Positions 10,201-18,151 are shown, counted from the first letter of the stretch. The stretch is 32,287 nt of DNA from Armatimonadota bacterium (GCA_043754515.1 JAYUUO010000186.1:1-32287); one strand, 5' to 3'. Notes: a model not told the origin generated them from the letters alone. Made by a program: numbers and translations.

Positions 10201-11133
10201 GAGCAGTGGTTCGTGAACGGCGTGCCAGTTTTCGACACGCTCGAAACCGGGAACGGGGGGCCGCAGTCTATCCTGGAGCATACGTTCACCGCGACATTGA
10301 GGGCGGGTCGTAACCTGCTAGCGGTCCGGGTACTCAGCGGTTCGGGCGGCTGGAAACTGTACTGCGGCGGCCCCGAGCAGATCGCCGAGGCGCGAGGTGC
10401 CAGCGACGGCGGCGGTAGCATGACGATAGAACTGCGCCGGGATGGGGCGGTACTTGCCCGAGCGAAAGCGCGGGTCGCGCGTCGGGTTCGACTCCTGGCG
10501 CCGCTCCCGCTCGCCGCCGGCGATTCGACTGCGCTGTACGAGCGGGCTGACCCCGCCGGCGCGCTCCGCGAGGAGGGTGTGGTCAACGAGTGGGCAAAGC
10601 AACCCGATTCGGCGCGCTGGTGGCACGGGCCGGACGATCTATCCGGCGACCTCTGGTGCCGCGCGGACGCGGCAGCTATTTATGTCGTCGCCGCGGTCCA
10701 CGACGACGCGTTCCGACCCGGAGAAGGGGCGGCGGGCATTGATTCCGGCGACTCCCTGCGCATCGCGCTCGCGGACCCGGCGGGGAAAGTGATCCAACTA
10801 GGCGTTCCCGGAGCGGGCGGTGCCGTATATTCCCGCGCAGGCGCATCCGGCGCGGGAACCGCCGCGACGGCATGGGCCGCGCTCCCCGCCGGGCGCGCGT
10901 CAGCGGTCGTCGAGCGCGTCGGCTCCGTTACCTATTACCGGGTGCGAGTGGCGCGCGAACTATGCCCCGCCGAACGGTTCGCGGTGAACATCCTGGCGAA
11001 CGACGACGACGGCTTCGGGCACAAGCAGTCGGTGACCTGGTTTCCCGGAATAGATGACCCCTTTCCGCCCACGGATCGCTGGTGGCAGTGCGAGGTAGGT
11101 AAGGCAGTGGATGGAGTTAAGCGCGAGAAGTAG
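7276..11133 (+). CDS. Large secreted multidomain glycoside hydrolase (clan GH-A, GH39-like) with Ig-like domains and a C-terminal CBM9/DOMON-like sugar-binding domain
   Basis: Signal peptide ending PRANA-Q. YWELGNEPD (acid/base), DAIAYHGH, QMDTESG (nucleophile). C-terminal WHGPDDLSG...IYVVAAVHDD...GDSLRIAL...FAVNILANDDDG. Start set at ATG 7276. Confidence 0.85.
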   Translation: MNQSRHPLRQFTLLPHLTRGILAFVLLACFVPRANAQAPLSVDSVSDATGFVIAPGGTDTLRFDVRNAGNTPVKATARWEIVDGDGKPLSTLDQPVALAAGTVSHLPFEFSPKNLGAGEYGVRLSVETSEDHKVAFRYEQSVAVAGPRDAFILFNKEPVMRGMDFDRAGMSPVLLTVNGVQHWAWQGGESRGAETWWHALMLRMTDPRFRDSAMPAVDITVNFRHAPDAPVNLFGDTATGSREVASGWGRNEGWQTMRTEVDDAKFARTDYHSEPAQRKSDGFDLRFNSCNAPVEARSVFVRGYDRDVAPDFRRLLRFTSLDMGRELFIVRPGEKLKLSLNLRNLARVPLKGDYALTLTDDLDKVLWKRGAATEIGSGAYALLVAFDATGLKQGLYTLSLGVGRADKDGNREELLNPAINLLISEQSVIPKAKPGDFLYGVDPGVDFRDDRWMQWLDFMGCDITRGNGANENPDEWTAAFAAWDRHGIQNSVFWNVPYDRDPAVLETKTLAAVANAEAVARKFGTRARYWELGNEPDLFFFYPDIELYEKGMTRIAKAVKHGNPDAVVMNGGLANGGGPEAHPNSAKFLHLVPADALDAIAYHGHGPLVSAERSAYNNIRAMLVENGKGKLPQMDTESGVSARTPGQMRIQARTAVEKTVFAQSVGSPTFMWFRLHIEGGDGDYTSTKNVHEPRSVVLSYRTMARVLKGLRFVRALDLGIPGAEGYLFAERGGGRRALVTWANDQGGGTATLRLGGAGGPGVANVRQVDLFGNVTARRDASSGVTTVPVDLDPVYLAWSDPGATGGVTVLPNPLSVSPTVYVSPGGSDAVTVRVRNTERTPLVATLTARAGAASGVSPVSAATPIRVGAGATQTVSIPVRVAAKQGGLLWPRRWTVFAPVPTGSVPVADFPADIPARLLVNGVPLLPRAVTLVNDRVDLAPIGGGVAEKREAILFATIDSPSAQTVRIGSSADWWEQWFVNGVPVFDTLETGNGGPQSILEHTFTATLRAGRNLLAVRVLSGSGGWKLYCGGPEQIAEARGASDGGGSMTIELRRDGAVLARAKARVARRVRLLAPLPLAAGDSTALYERADPAGALREEGVVNEWAKQPDSARWWHGPDDLSGDLWCRADAAAIYVVAAVHDDAFRPGEGAAGIDSGDSLRIALADPAGKVIQLGVPGAGGAVYSRAGASGAGTAATAWAALPAGRASAVVERVGSVTYYRVRVARELCPAERFAVNILANDDDGFGHKQSVTWFPGIDDPFPPTDRWWQCEVGKAVDGVKREK

Positions 11134-11158
11134 AGGCGGGACTCGCGCGGGAACGCGC

Positions 11159-11441
11159 GGCGCGGGGGGGTGCGGACAATGGGTCCGGGGAGCGGGCGAT
11201 GAGTTGTTCACGGCCCGCCGCCCGCGAACGGCTCGCCGCGTGTCCCGCGCGACCAGCCCCACTCCCCAAACCAGCCCGACGCGAAGCGTCCACCCGGTCT
11301 TTTTCGCCGCGAAAAAACCTATGCACGCAGTGCTTCCTGTTCGCGAGCCGCGAACGGGAACAATTCATTGTCCGCTCGGGACGGCCACCGGAACAATTCA
11401 TCGCCCGCTCCCCGGACCCATTGTCCGCACCCCCCCGCGCC
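11159..11441. repeat. 283-bp element bounded by 51-bp inverted repeats, built from REP-like units
   Basis: Arm 11159-11209 is the reverse complement of 11391-11441 with one mismatch. Internal hairpins at 11296-11319 and 11334-11360. Confidence 0.85.
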
Positions 11442-11536
11442 CTCTCTCTGCCGCAAGCGCATCATCCCTCACCGACGGCTCACCGACCCCGCGCCTCGCG
11501 CCCCTGGCCCGAACGAGTATGTAGTATCATAGCCTC

Positions 11537-12154
11537 ATGTGGCTTATCTGCGCGGCGACGGCGGGGGAACTGGCGACCTGGGATGACGGCATATTCCCGG
11601 GGGACGAGCGGTTCGTCTCCGGCGTCGGCATCCCCGAAACGCTCGCGCGGCTACTCCCGAAGGTGCTCGCGGGCGGCTACGAGCGGATCGTGAACATCGG
11701 GATCGCCGGGGCGTACCCGTCGAGCGGCCTGGTTGTCGGCGACATCGTGATCGCGCGGCGGGAGGTGTACGGCGATGTGGGAATGGAACTGCCCGATGCG
11801 CCCGGCTTCTGGGCTATCTCGGCGACCCCGTTCGGTGCCGCCTACGCCGACCCGTTCGTTCTCGATTGCCCGAGCGAACTGCGCGGCGGGTCCGCGATCC
11901 CGGCGACCGGCGCGACGGTGAACGTCTGCGCGGGCACGGACGCGACCGGGCGGCTCCGGGAGGCGCTGTTCGATGCCGGGTTCGAGACGATGGAGGGTGC
12001 CGCCGTCGCGCACGTCGGGCGCGTCGCCTTTGTGCCGGTCACCGAGATACGCGCGATCAGCAACATTGCCGCCCACCGCGACATGCGCCCCGAGAACATC
12101 CGCCTCGCGCTTTCAAACTTGCGGGAATACTTCGCCGCCCGTGCGCGTACCTGA
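11537..12154 (+). CDS. mqnB: Futalosine hydrolase (PNP/MTAN fold)
   Basis: LICAATAGE, SGVG, VNIGIAGAY, GATVN, ETMEGAAVA, EIRAISN. Immediately upstream of mqnD. Confidence 0.88.
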   Translation: MWLICAATAGELATWDDGIFPGDERFVSGVGIPETLARLLPKVLAGGYERIVNIGIAGAYPSSGLVVGDIVIARREVYGDVGMELPDAPGFWAISATPFGAAYADPFVLDCPSELRGGSAIPATGATVNVCAGTDATGRLREALFDAGFETMEGAAVAHVGRVAFVPVTEIRAISNIAAHRDMRPENIRLALSNLREYFAARART

Positions 12155-12157
12155 AGG

Positions 12158-12958
12158 GTGACAACGCTTAGCCTGGGCATTTCGCCGTGCCCGAACGACG
12201 TTTATATCTTCGCCGGTCTCCTGTTCGGCGCGTCCAACCCGCATGGGCTACGCTTCGACCCGGCGCGGTTCGAGGACATCGAGACGCTAAACGCCGCCGC
12301 CGCCGTCGGCGACATCGCCGTCTGCAAGATCTCCTACGCGAACTACCCGCGCATCGCGGGCCGGTACGAACTGCTCCCGTGCGGCGGCGCGCTCGGTCGC
12401 GGCGTCGGGCCGCTACTGCTGACGCACGGCGCGTCCGGCGACTTCGACCCGAAGGCGGAGATTCTGGTGCCGGGCGAGTTTACCACCGCGAACTTCCTGC
12501 TCGATTTTTACCTGCGACAGGGCGGCACGCGCAAGCGGTACGCGCCGTTCGACGCGCTCTACGCCGAATTATGCGAGCGGCCGGGCGCGCAGGGGGTCGT
12601 CATCCATGAGAAGCGGTTCACGTATCAGAACGACGGATTAACGCTGGTTCGGGACCTGGGCGACTTCTGGGAAGCGGAGACCGGCCACCCGATCCCGCTC
12701 GGTGCCATCGCGGCGCGGCGCGACCTGGGCGCGGACACGATCGGCGCGGTCACTCAGGCCGTGCGCGACTCGCTGGCGTGGGCGGACGCGCACCGCGCCG
12801 AGGCGTTCGACCTGTGCCGACGCCACGCGCAAGACCTTTCGGACGGCGTGATCGAGGCACACATCGGGCTATATGTGAACGAATATTCCCGCGATTTGGG
12901 CGCGGACGGGGCGGAGGCCGTGCGCTATTTTCTGGGCGCGGCGGGGGATAGAACATGA
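12158..12958 (+). CDS. mqnD: 1,4-dihydroxy-6-naphthoate synthase (futalosine menaquinone pathway)
   Basis: LGISPCPNDVYIF, DIETLN, KISY, GGALGRGVGPLL, PGEFTTANFLL, VIHEKRFTY, DLGDFWE..TG.PIPLG, HIGLYVNEYS. Confidence 0.95.
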   Translation: MTTLSLGISPCPNDVYIFAGLLFGASNPHGLRFDPARFEDIETLNAAAAVGDIAVCKISYANYPRIAGRYELLPCGGALGRGVGPLLLTHGASGDFDPKAEILVPGEFTTANFLLDFYLRQGGTRKRYAPFDALYAELCERPGAQGVVIHEKRFTYQNDGLTLVRDLGDFWEAETGHPIPLGAIAARRDLGADTIGAVTQAVRDSLAWADAHRAEAFDLCRRHAQDLSDGVIEAHIGLYVNEYSRDLGADGAEAVRYFLGAAGDRT

Positions 12959-13932
12959 ACTTCTGGCGAAAACTCTGGGGCGGGACGGCGGGTGCGGGGC
13001 AACCGGTCGAGGACGACTTCGACCCGGCACTGCTACTGGAGCGGGCGCAACGCGAAATGCAGGAGATGCACGCGCGGAATCGCGAACGCGCGGTGCAAGC
13101 GATCACTCAGAAAAACGGGTTGGCGCAGATGGTCAGCGATTTAGAGAGTAAGCTAGCTACAATTCGGGAAAGGGCTGAGACCGCCGCGTCCCGTGGCAAC
13201 CCCGCGCTAGCCGAGCGGCTCCGCGAAGAAGCCGACAGTTGCGAGACCACGCTCGAATCCACCCGCCGATCACTTGACCAGGCCGTTCAGGCGACCGAAC
13301 ACATTAAGGTGGCGATCCGGCGGGAGGAAGAGCGAATCCGCAAAAAGGCGGCGGAAGCAATGCTCCTCAAAGCGCAGTGGAACACGATGCAGGTACAACG
13401 CTCGCTGTTCGCGTCACTGGTCGAGATCAATACCGGCAGCGTGCGCGACATCCCCATCGCCGACCGCGCGGTGCGTCACGTGATGAATCGCCGCTTCGTC
13501 GAGAAGGCGATGGCGCAACGCGACAACCTGCGCCAGATGGAGGCCGACGCGAAGCAACGGGTCGAGACGCTACGCGGCAACGCCCGCGAGGCGCGGAGCC
13601 GCGAGAACGACGACTTGGAGAACGCGCTGCTCCGGGAGATGGAGCAGTACGAAGCGATTCTCGCGCAAGCCCGCGCCGCCGCCCATCAGGCGGATGATAT
13701 ATCCGGGCGCGCCATGTCGTTACTAAGGAGCGAGGAAGAGTCGCTCCGCGCGGGCGGATTCGACCCCCGAACCGTCTCCGACGAGCAGATCGAGTTGTAC
13801 GAGGCACGCGCCGCGCTCGCCGAAGCGGAAGGAAGCCGCGACGCACGCCGCGCGGAACGGCGCGGTAACTTAGCAGTGATCGCGCTCGTCGTCTTCGCGC
13901 TGGCAATCGCGCTCGCCGCGCTGTTCCTGTAG
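12955..13932 (+). CDS. PspA/IM30-family protein with internally duplicated coiled-coil hairpin and C-terminal TM helix
   Basis: MNFWRKLW amphipathic start and DPALLLERAQREMQE (PspA-like), long coiled coils, C-terminal LAVIALVVFALAIALAALFL. ATGA overlap with the mqnD stop. Confidence 0.8.
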   Translation: MNFWRKLWGGTAGAGQPVEDDFDPALLLERAQREMQEMHARNRERAVQAITQKNGLAQMVSDLESKLATIRERAETAASRGNPALAERLREEADSCETTLESTRRSLDQAVQATEHIKVAIRREEERIRKKAAEAMLLKAQWNTMQVQRSLFASLVEINTGSVRDIPIADRAVRHVMNRRFVEKAMAQRDNLRQMEADAKQRVETLRGNAREARSRENDDLENALLREMEQYEAILAQARAAAHQADDISGRAMSLLRSEEESLRAGGFDPRTVSDEQIELYEARAALAEAEGSRDARRAERRGNLAVIALVVFALAIALAALFL

Positions 13933-14023
13933 AGAAGTTCTTCAATATTCGCCCGGATTGTGGCATGATGAACGCGGGGTAGAAAAAGGAGAAAGTACCT
14001 CCACTCCCGCCCCGTTTACACTC

Positions 14024-14248
14024 ATGTGGATTTACCTCGAACACGAAGCCAACTGCCTGAACTGCGACCACATCACGCGTTTATACGTCGAAGTGACCGG
14101 GAGCGGGGCGGCACTCAAAGCTGACCTCGCCGGCAAGACGATGATGCTGGGCTACTACGACAGCAAGGACGCCGCGCGGAACGCGCTGGCGGAACTGATC
14201 GCGTCGCGCGAGGCCGGAGCCGCCGTCGTGCGGCTTGGCAGGGCGTGA
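14024..14248 (+). CDS. Small hypothetical protein
   Basis: ORF 13958-14248; the globular-looking part starts at MWIYLEHEANCLNCDHI (ATG 14024). Start uncertain. Confidence 0.6.
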   Translation: MWIYLEHEANCLNCDHITRLYVEVTGSGAALKADLAGKTMMLGYYDSKDAARNALAELIASREAGAAVVRLGRA

Positions 14249-14323
14249 CGCTGGCGTGTGACGTTGCGCCCGCGGTAGAGCGGACGAATCGCCCGCGGTC
14301 GAAAAGCAGACGACGGACCGCGA

Positions 14324-14412
14324 GGAGCGGACAATGAATTGTTCCCGTTTGCGGCTCGCGAACAGGAACAATTCATTGCCCGCTCCCCACCGCAAGTGCA
14401 TTGCCCGCTCCC
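14324..14412. repeat. REP-like long palindrome between convergent genes
   Basis: 30-nt arms 14324-14353 and 14357-14386 (27/30 Watson-Crick pairs) around a 3-nt loop, plus an extra partial unit at 14399-14412. Nearly identical, in reverse orientation, to 11334-11377. Confidence 0.85.
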
Positions 14413-14422
14413 TCAGAGCCCG

Positions 14423-16765
14423 CTACCGACGCGGCTCGCTTCCCGTGCCCGCCGTGGTCGCGCCGCCGTTCTTGCCGCGTATCCACGTGCGGCTCGTATC
14501 TTTGGCGCGAGCGAGTATTTCGTAGCCGCCGCTCGGGAGCGTGCGGTACGACACCAGTTTCCCGCCCTCGAAGTTATCCAGCATCCGTTTCCTGTCCGCC
14601 TCGGGTAGCGTCAGCGGCGCGAGCGTGCGCGTGTCCAGCGACTCGGGCGCGCCGCTGTCCGTGGTCGCCATCAGGGAGCAGAGGGCCTGCATGGACGCCG
14701 TGGCGACCGCGATATTCTTGCCGTTGCTTATGCTCCAGGGGATCGCGAGAACGCCCTTCGCCCCTTCCACGATCGGTAGCACCGTGTTCTCCTCCACGGC
14801 GGACAGGAGGCGCGCGATACCCGACGGGCTTGGTACGGCAGCGAGTGCTTTAGTCTCCTCGGCGAGGGTCGGGTCCCCCGGTGTCTGCGCTTGGGTGACA
14901 CCTTGACCGCCCGGCAGACGGATAAGAACCCGCTCGCCCGTTTTGACGTCCGCCATCCCCCCCGAATATTCCACGTGCGTGGTGCCCGTAGGTGCCGCGA
15001 CCAGAACGACGCGCACGCCCTGCCCTAGGCTACCGTTCGCCAGTTGCAAGCGCGTGTCGCCGGTCACGTCGCACTTCACGCCCTCGCCTGTTTCCGCCGA
15101 GAACTGCTCCTTGCCACGCGGCGCGGGTTGCGCCCGTATCGCGACGCGCCCGTTCCAGAGTATGACGCGGCGGAGCGGCCCGTTGTCATACCCGAGTTCC
15201 CGCACCTCCACCGCACTGCGCCCGGCGATATAGATCGCCTCGCCGTTCGCAAGAGCGAGTGTCGCGGAACCGCCGTTCGGCGTGGCGATATACAAAGGTA
15301 GGTCGCTCGCGCTCAGTCTCTGCCCGAGTACGAGCGGCTTCGGCTTCGGCGCGTCTTCCGGCTTCGCGTCGGGCGCGGGCACCGGCTGTCGCGTTACCTT
15401 GCCGGACATTTGCACCACCGTCGCCCCCTGATACGACGGCACCACCGTCGCCCCGTGCCCGAAAACGAACGCGGCGGTGGCGGCGAGGATGCCCCACTTG
15501 ACTGTCGGTTGCCAACGTTCGCGGGAGATCTCCCGCGCGGCGTCGGCGCGTTTCTTCGCCTGTTCCGCCTTCCACTTGATCTCCAGAAGGTCCATCTCCG
15601 AAAGGCGGTACTCCTGCAAGGCGGCGCGCCCGCCGCCCGCCATGCCGCCGCCCAGCGCGAACGCGGCCATGTTCCGGCCCGCCGCTGGTCGCGCTGCTGC
15701 TCCCGCCTGACTCGCGGCCCCTTCCTGCCGCGCACGTTCCTGATCCTCCGCGTCGCGCCACCCGACACGGAGCGCGTCTTCGGCGGTGCCCGTCTGTTTT
15801 CGCCCCAACTTCTGCTCACCCAGTAACGCGGCGGTGTTCATCTCCACCCCGTCGAAGCGGTCCGCGCCGTCGGGGCTGCGTTTGTTATCCAGGTCCTCTA
15901 TCGCCCGCCCGACGCCGGAGTAGCGGAAGCGCGGCTCTTTCGCCAGCATCGCGCCCAGCACATTGCGGGCGTACGAAGGGAGGCTGACCGCCGTCTTCAG
16001 CGGATCGTCCGCGCGCGCTTTTTGCGCGATCTCCTCGGGCGTGGTGCCGGTGAATATGGGCTTGCCGGTTACCAGTTCCAGCAGAAGCGCGCCGACGGCG
16101 TAAACGTCCGAGCGGTGGTCGCCCTCGAACCCGTCTTGCTGTTCGGGGGCGGCATAGCGCGAGCCGTATTTTGGGCGGGCGTGCGCGAGGCCGAAGTTGA
16201 TCACCCGCACCTCTATGAGATCGGGTGCCTCCGGATGGTTGACTAGGAGAACATTGTAGGGTGTCAGGTCGGTGTGGGCCAGGCCCTGTTCGGCGGCGAA
16301 GTCAACCGCGTCCGCCACCTGCTTCATCACCGCGACGCACCACGCGATCGGTTGCGCGCCGCCCGACGCCATGATCTGTTGCAGGGTACGCGCCTCGAAG
16401 TACTCGGTGGCGATCCAGAACAGCCCGTTCTCCTCGCCGAACCCGATGATGTCCTGAATCACCGGGTGGCGGTCGCGTTTTTGTTGCTGTTCGAGGAGGC
16501 CGCGGAACTGCTCCTTCGCCGCGTCCCACTTCTCCGAGTCCGCCCCGTCGGGGCGCGTGAAGCCGCGGAAGACGACTTTCTCCCCGGTCTCCACGTTTTC
16601 GGCGCGGTATATTTTGCCGAGGGGCCCCTGTCCCATCTCGGCACCGACCCGGTAGCCGGCCACGACCGGGTTGGGGTCGGGCGCGTTTGGTAGGGGCGTC
16701 GCGTCGCTCGGCGCGGTTCGCGCGTCGCTGGGCGTGGTATTCTCGGTGGTATCGGGTACGGACAT
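14423..16765 (-). CDS. Hanks-type Ser/Thr kinase-like domain (probable pseudokinase) + TM + FecR-like extracytoplasmic domain
   Basis: MGQGPLGKIYRA, HTDLTPYNVLL, INFGLA, YAAPEQ, SDVYAVGALLLELVTGKPIF. TM WGILAATAAFVFG. FecR-like ATVVQMSGKV...IATPNGGSATLALANGEAIYIAGRSAVEV...LWNGRV. SD GAGGT. Confidence 0.85.
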   Translation of the reverse strand: MSVPDTTENTTPSDARTAPSDATPLPNAPDPNPVVAGYRVGAEMGQGPLGKIYRAENVETGEKVVFRGFTRPDGADSEKWDAAKEQFRGLLEQQQKRDRHPVIQDIIGFGEENGLFWIATEYFEARTLQQIMASGGAQPIAWCVAVMKQVADAVDFAAEQGLAHTDLTPYNVLLVNHPEAPDLIEVRVINFGLAHARPKYGSRYAAPEQQDGFEGDHRSDVYAVGALLLELVTGKPIFTGTTPEEIAQKARADDPLKTAVSLPSYARNVLGAMLAKEPRFRYSGVGRAIEDLDNKRSPDGADRFDGVEMNTAALLGEQKLGRKQTGTAEDALRVGWRDAEDQERARQEGAASQAGAAARPAAGRNMAAFALGGGMAGGGRAALQEYRLSEMDLLEIKWKAEQAKKRADAAREISRERWQPTVKWGILAATAAFVFGHGATVVPSYQGATVVQMSGKVTRQPVPAPDAKPEDAPKPKPLVLGQRLSASDLPLYIATPNGGSATLALANGEAIYIAGRSAVEVRELGYDNGPLRRVILWNGRVAIRAQPAPRGKEQFSAETGEGVKCDVTGDTRLQLANGSLGQGVRVVLVAAPTGTTHVEYSGGMADVKTGERVLIRLPGGQGVTQAQTPGDPTLAEETKALAAVPSPSGIARLLSAVEENTVLPIVEGAKGVLAIPWSISNGKNIAVATASMQALCSLMATTDSGAPESLDTRTLAPLTLPEADRKRMLDNFEGGKLVSYRTLPSGGYEILARAKDTSRTWIRGKNGGATTAGTGSEPRR

Positions 16766-16904
16766 AGGTTACCTCGCTGAATAAATATTTTATGAAGCAG
16801 GTTTCAACGCAATGGTCGCGGAAACCTTCCTGACGCCTGGACCGGAGAGGTTTTTCACACCGCGCGCCGAAATAGTTCTCGCGGGTGTCTAATATCTACG
16901 GGCG

Positions 16905-18068
16905 ATGACTCACGTCTCGACACGAACCCGCGCCCGACGAAAACAAATGCCGCGCGACACTCCCATATTCCTACCGCTCCCGCCGGATCTATCCGTGCCG
17001 GACGGCACTGGCCTGCTTTTCGACGGTGCCATGTCCGTCACTCCGACAGGACCACCGCTTGTGGTCAGCAACTCGCCGGAGCAGATGGCCGGATCGGAGC
17101 CGGTTTTGGTGTTGTGCCGGGTTCGGCTCCCCGAATGGCGGGCGCGTCTCTTTTTCCACCACCAGAACATCGGTGGTCCGCTACGTATCGCGCCGTTTTT
17201 CCTGAACCACGGCACCGCGCCGCTTGAACTGTATGTCGCCCGCGCGAGCGGCGATTCGGCGGAACGGCCTGGCGGGGCGGTTGACGGCGACCCCGCCGTC
17301 GCCGGTCTGAACACGCTCCGATCCTACTTCGAGTCGCGCTCCGATGGCGGCGAGGTTGACCACTATCTGGCCACGGTCGCCCCCGGTAGCCGCGTGTTGA
17401 TCGCGGCGCGGGATGTTCCGCGCGGGCATACGGCCTCCGGCATGTTCGACTTCGCGCTCCGCCCAGTATCCGGGCGCGGCGGCGTGGGCGCGTTGGCGGT
17501 GGAGATGGGTGTCGTAGCGTGGCGCGGCACGACATTGCCGACCCGCGAGCAACTCCTGGGGGCACCCGCGAAAGCCGACGATCCGCGACAAGCGCGGACG
17601 CGCGGCGTGTACCGCTATGGCGGGCGGCGCGGGAAGATCGGCTTTGTGGTACCCGAGGATGGGTTGCCGCGCTGGCTCGACCTCGCGGGACCGGAGAGCG
17701 GGGTTTATTCGCGCCCACTACCGGGCGAGTTCCCCCGCGACATTGTCCGGGGGAACGGGCGGCTCGACACCAACCCCGGTAACTACGGCGTGGTCTACGA
17801 TCTATCGGTCACGCTCGGCAACCCGCGGGCGTGGGGGACGCGGGTGGTATGTCTGCTAAATCTGGCGGGCGGCGCGGGCGGCTCCGTGGTCGCGGTTGAC
17901 GGAGCATGTCTGCCGCCGCGTGGCGTGCTCCGAAAGGCGTTCGGCTCCTATGTCTGGCACGAGGCGCGGCTCGCGCCGGGCGGGTCGGGGGCGGTGCGGC
18001 TACGGTTCAGTCTGCCGGGCGGGGCATCGGGGGCACACCGGCTCTACTTCTGGTGTCGGCCTTTGTAG
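16905..18068 (+). CDS. Hypothetical protein, DUF3370-like motifs
   Basis: VVSNSPE, RLFFHHQN and GNYGVVYDL recall DUF3370-type proteins (recognised from memory, not verified). Confidence 0.7.
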   Translation: MTHVSTRTRARRKQMPRDTPIFLPLPPDLSVPDGTGLLFDGAMSVTPTGPPLVVSNSPEQMAGSEPVLVLCRVRLPEWRARLFFHHQNIGGPLRIAPFFLNHGTAPLELYVARASGDSAERPGGAVDGDPAVAGLNTLRSYFESRSDGGEVDHYLATVAPGSRVLIAARDVPRGHTASGMFDFALRPVSGRGGVGALAVEMGVVAWRGTTLPTREQLLGAPAKADDPRQARTRGVYRYGGRRGKIGFVVPEDGLPRWLDLAGPESGVYSRPLPGEFPRDIVRGNGRLDTNPGNYGVVYDLSVTLGNPRAWGTRVVCLLNLAGGAGGSVVAVDGACLPPRGVLRKAFGSYVWHEARLAPGGSGAVRLRFSLPGGASGAHRLYFWCRPL

Positions 18069-18100
18069 GCGTGCGCGGGAGGAGCGGCGACGGCGGCACG

Positions 18101-18144
18101 AAATTAAAAAGACGCCCCGCGCGCTACGGTACGGGCGGGGCGTC
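18101..18144 (-). terminator. Rho-independent terminator for the minus-strand micro-ORF
   Basis: 10-bp perfect stem GACGCCCCGC (18111-18120) / GCGGGGCGTC (18135-18144), followed on the minus strand by TTTTTAATTT. Confidence 0.85.
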
Positions 18145-18151
18145 ATCGGGG

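Noticed and set aside
11358..11430. Short direct repeats as a possible CRISPR array
   Set aside because: There are only 2-3 units with 13-nt or shorter spacing and mixed orientation, and no cas genes. They are better explained as REP-like repeats.
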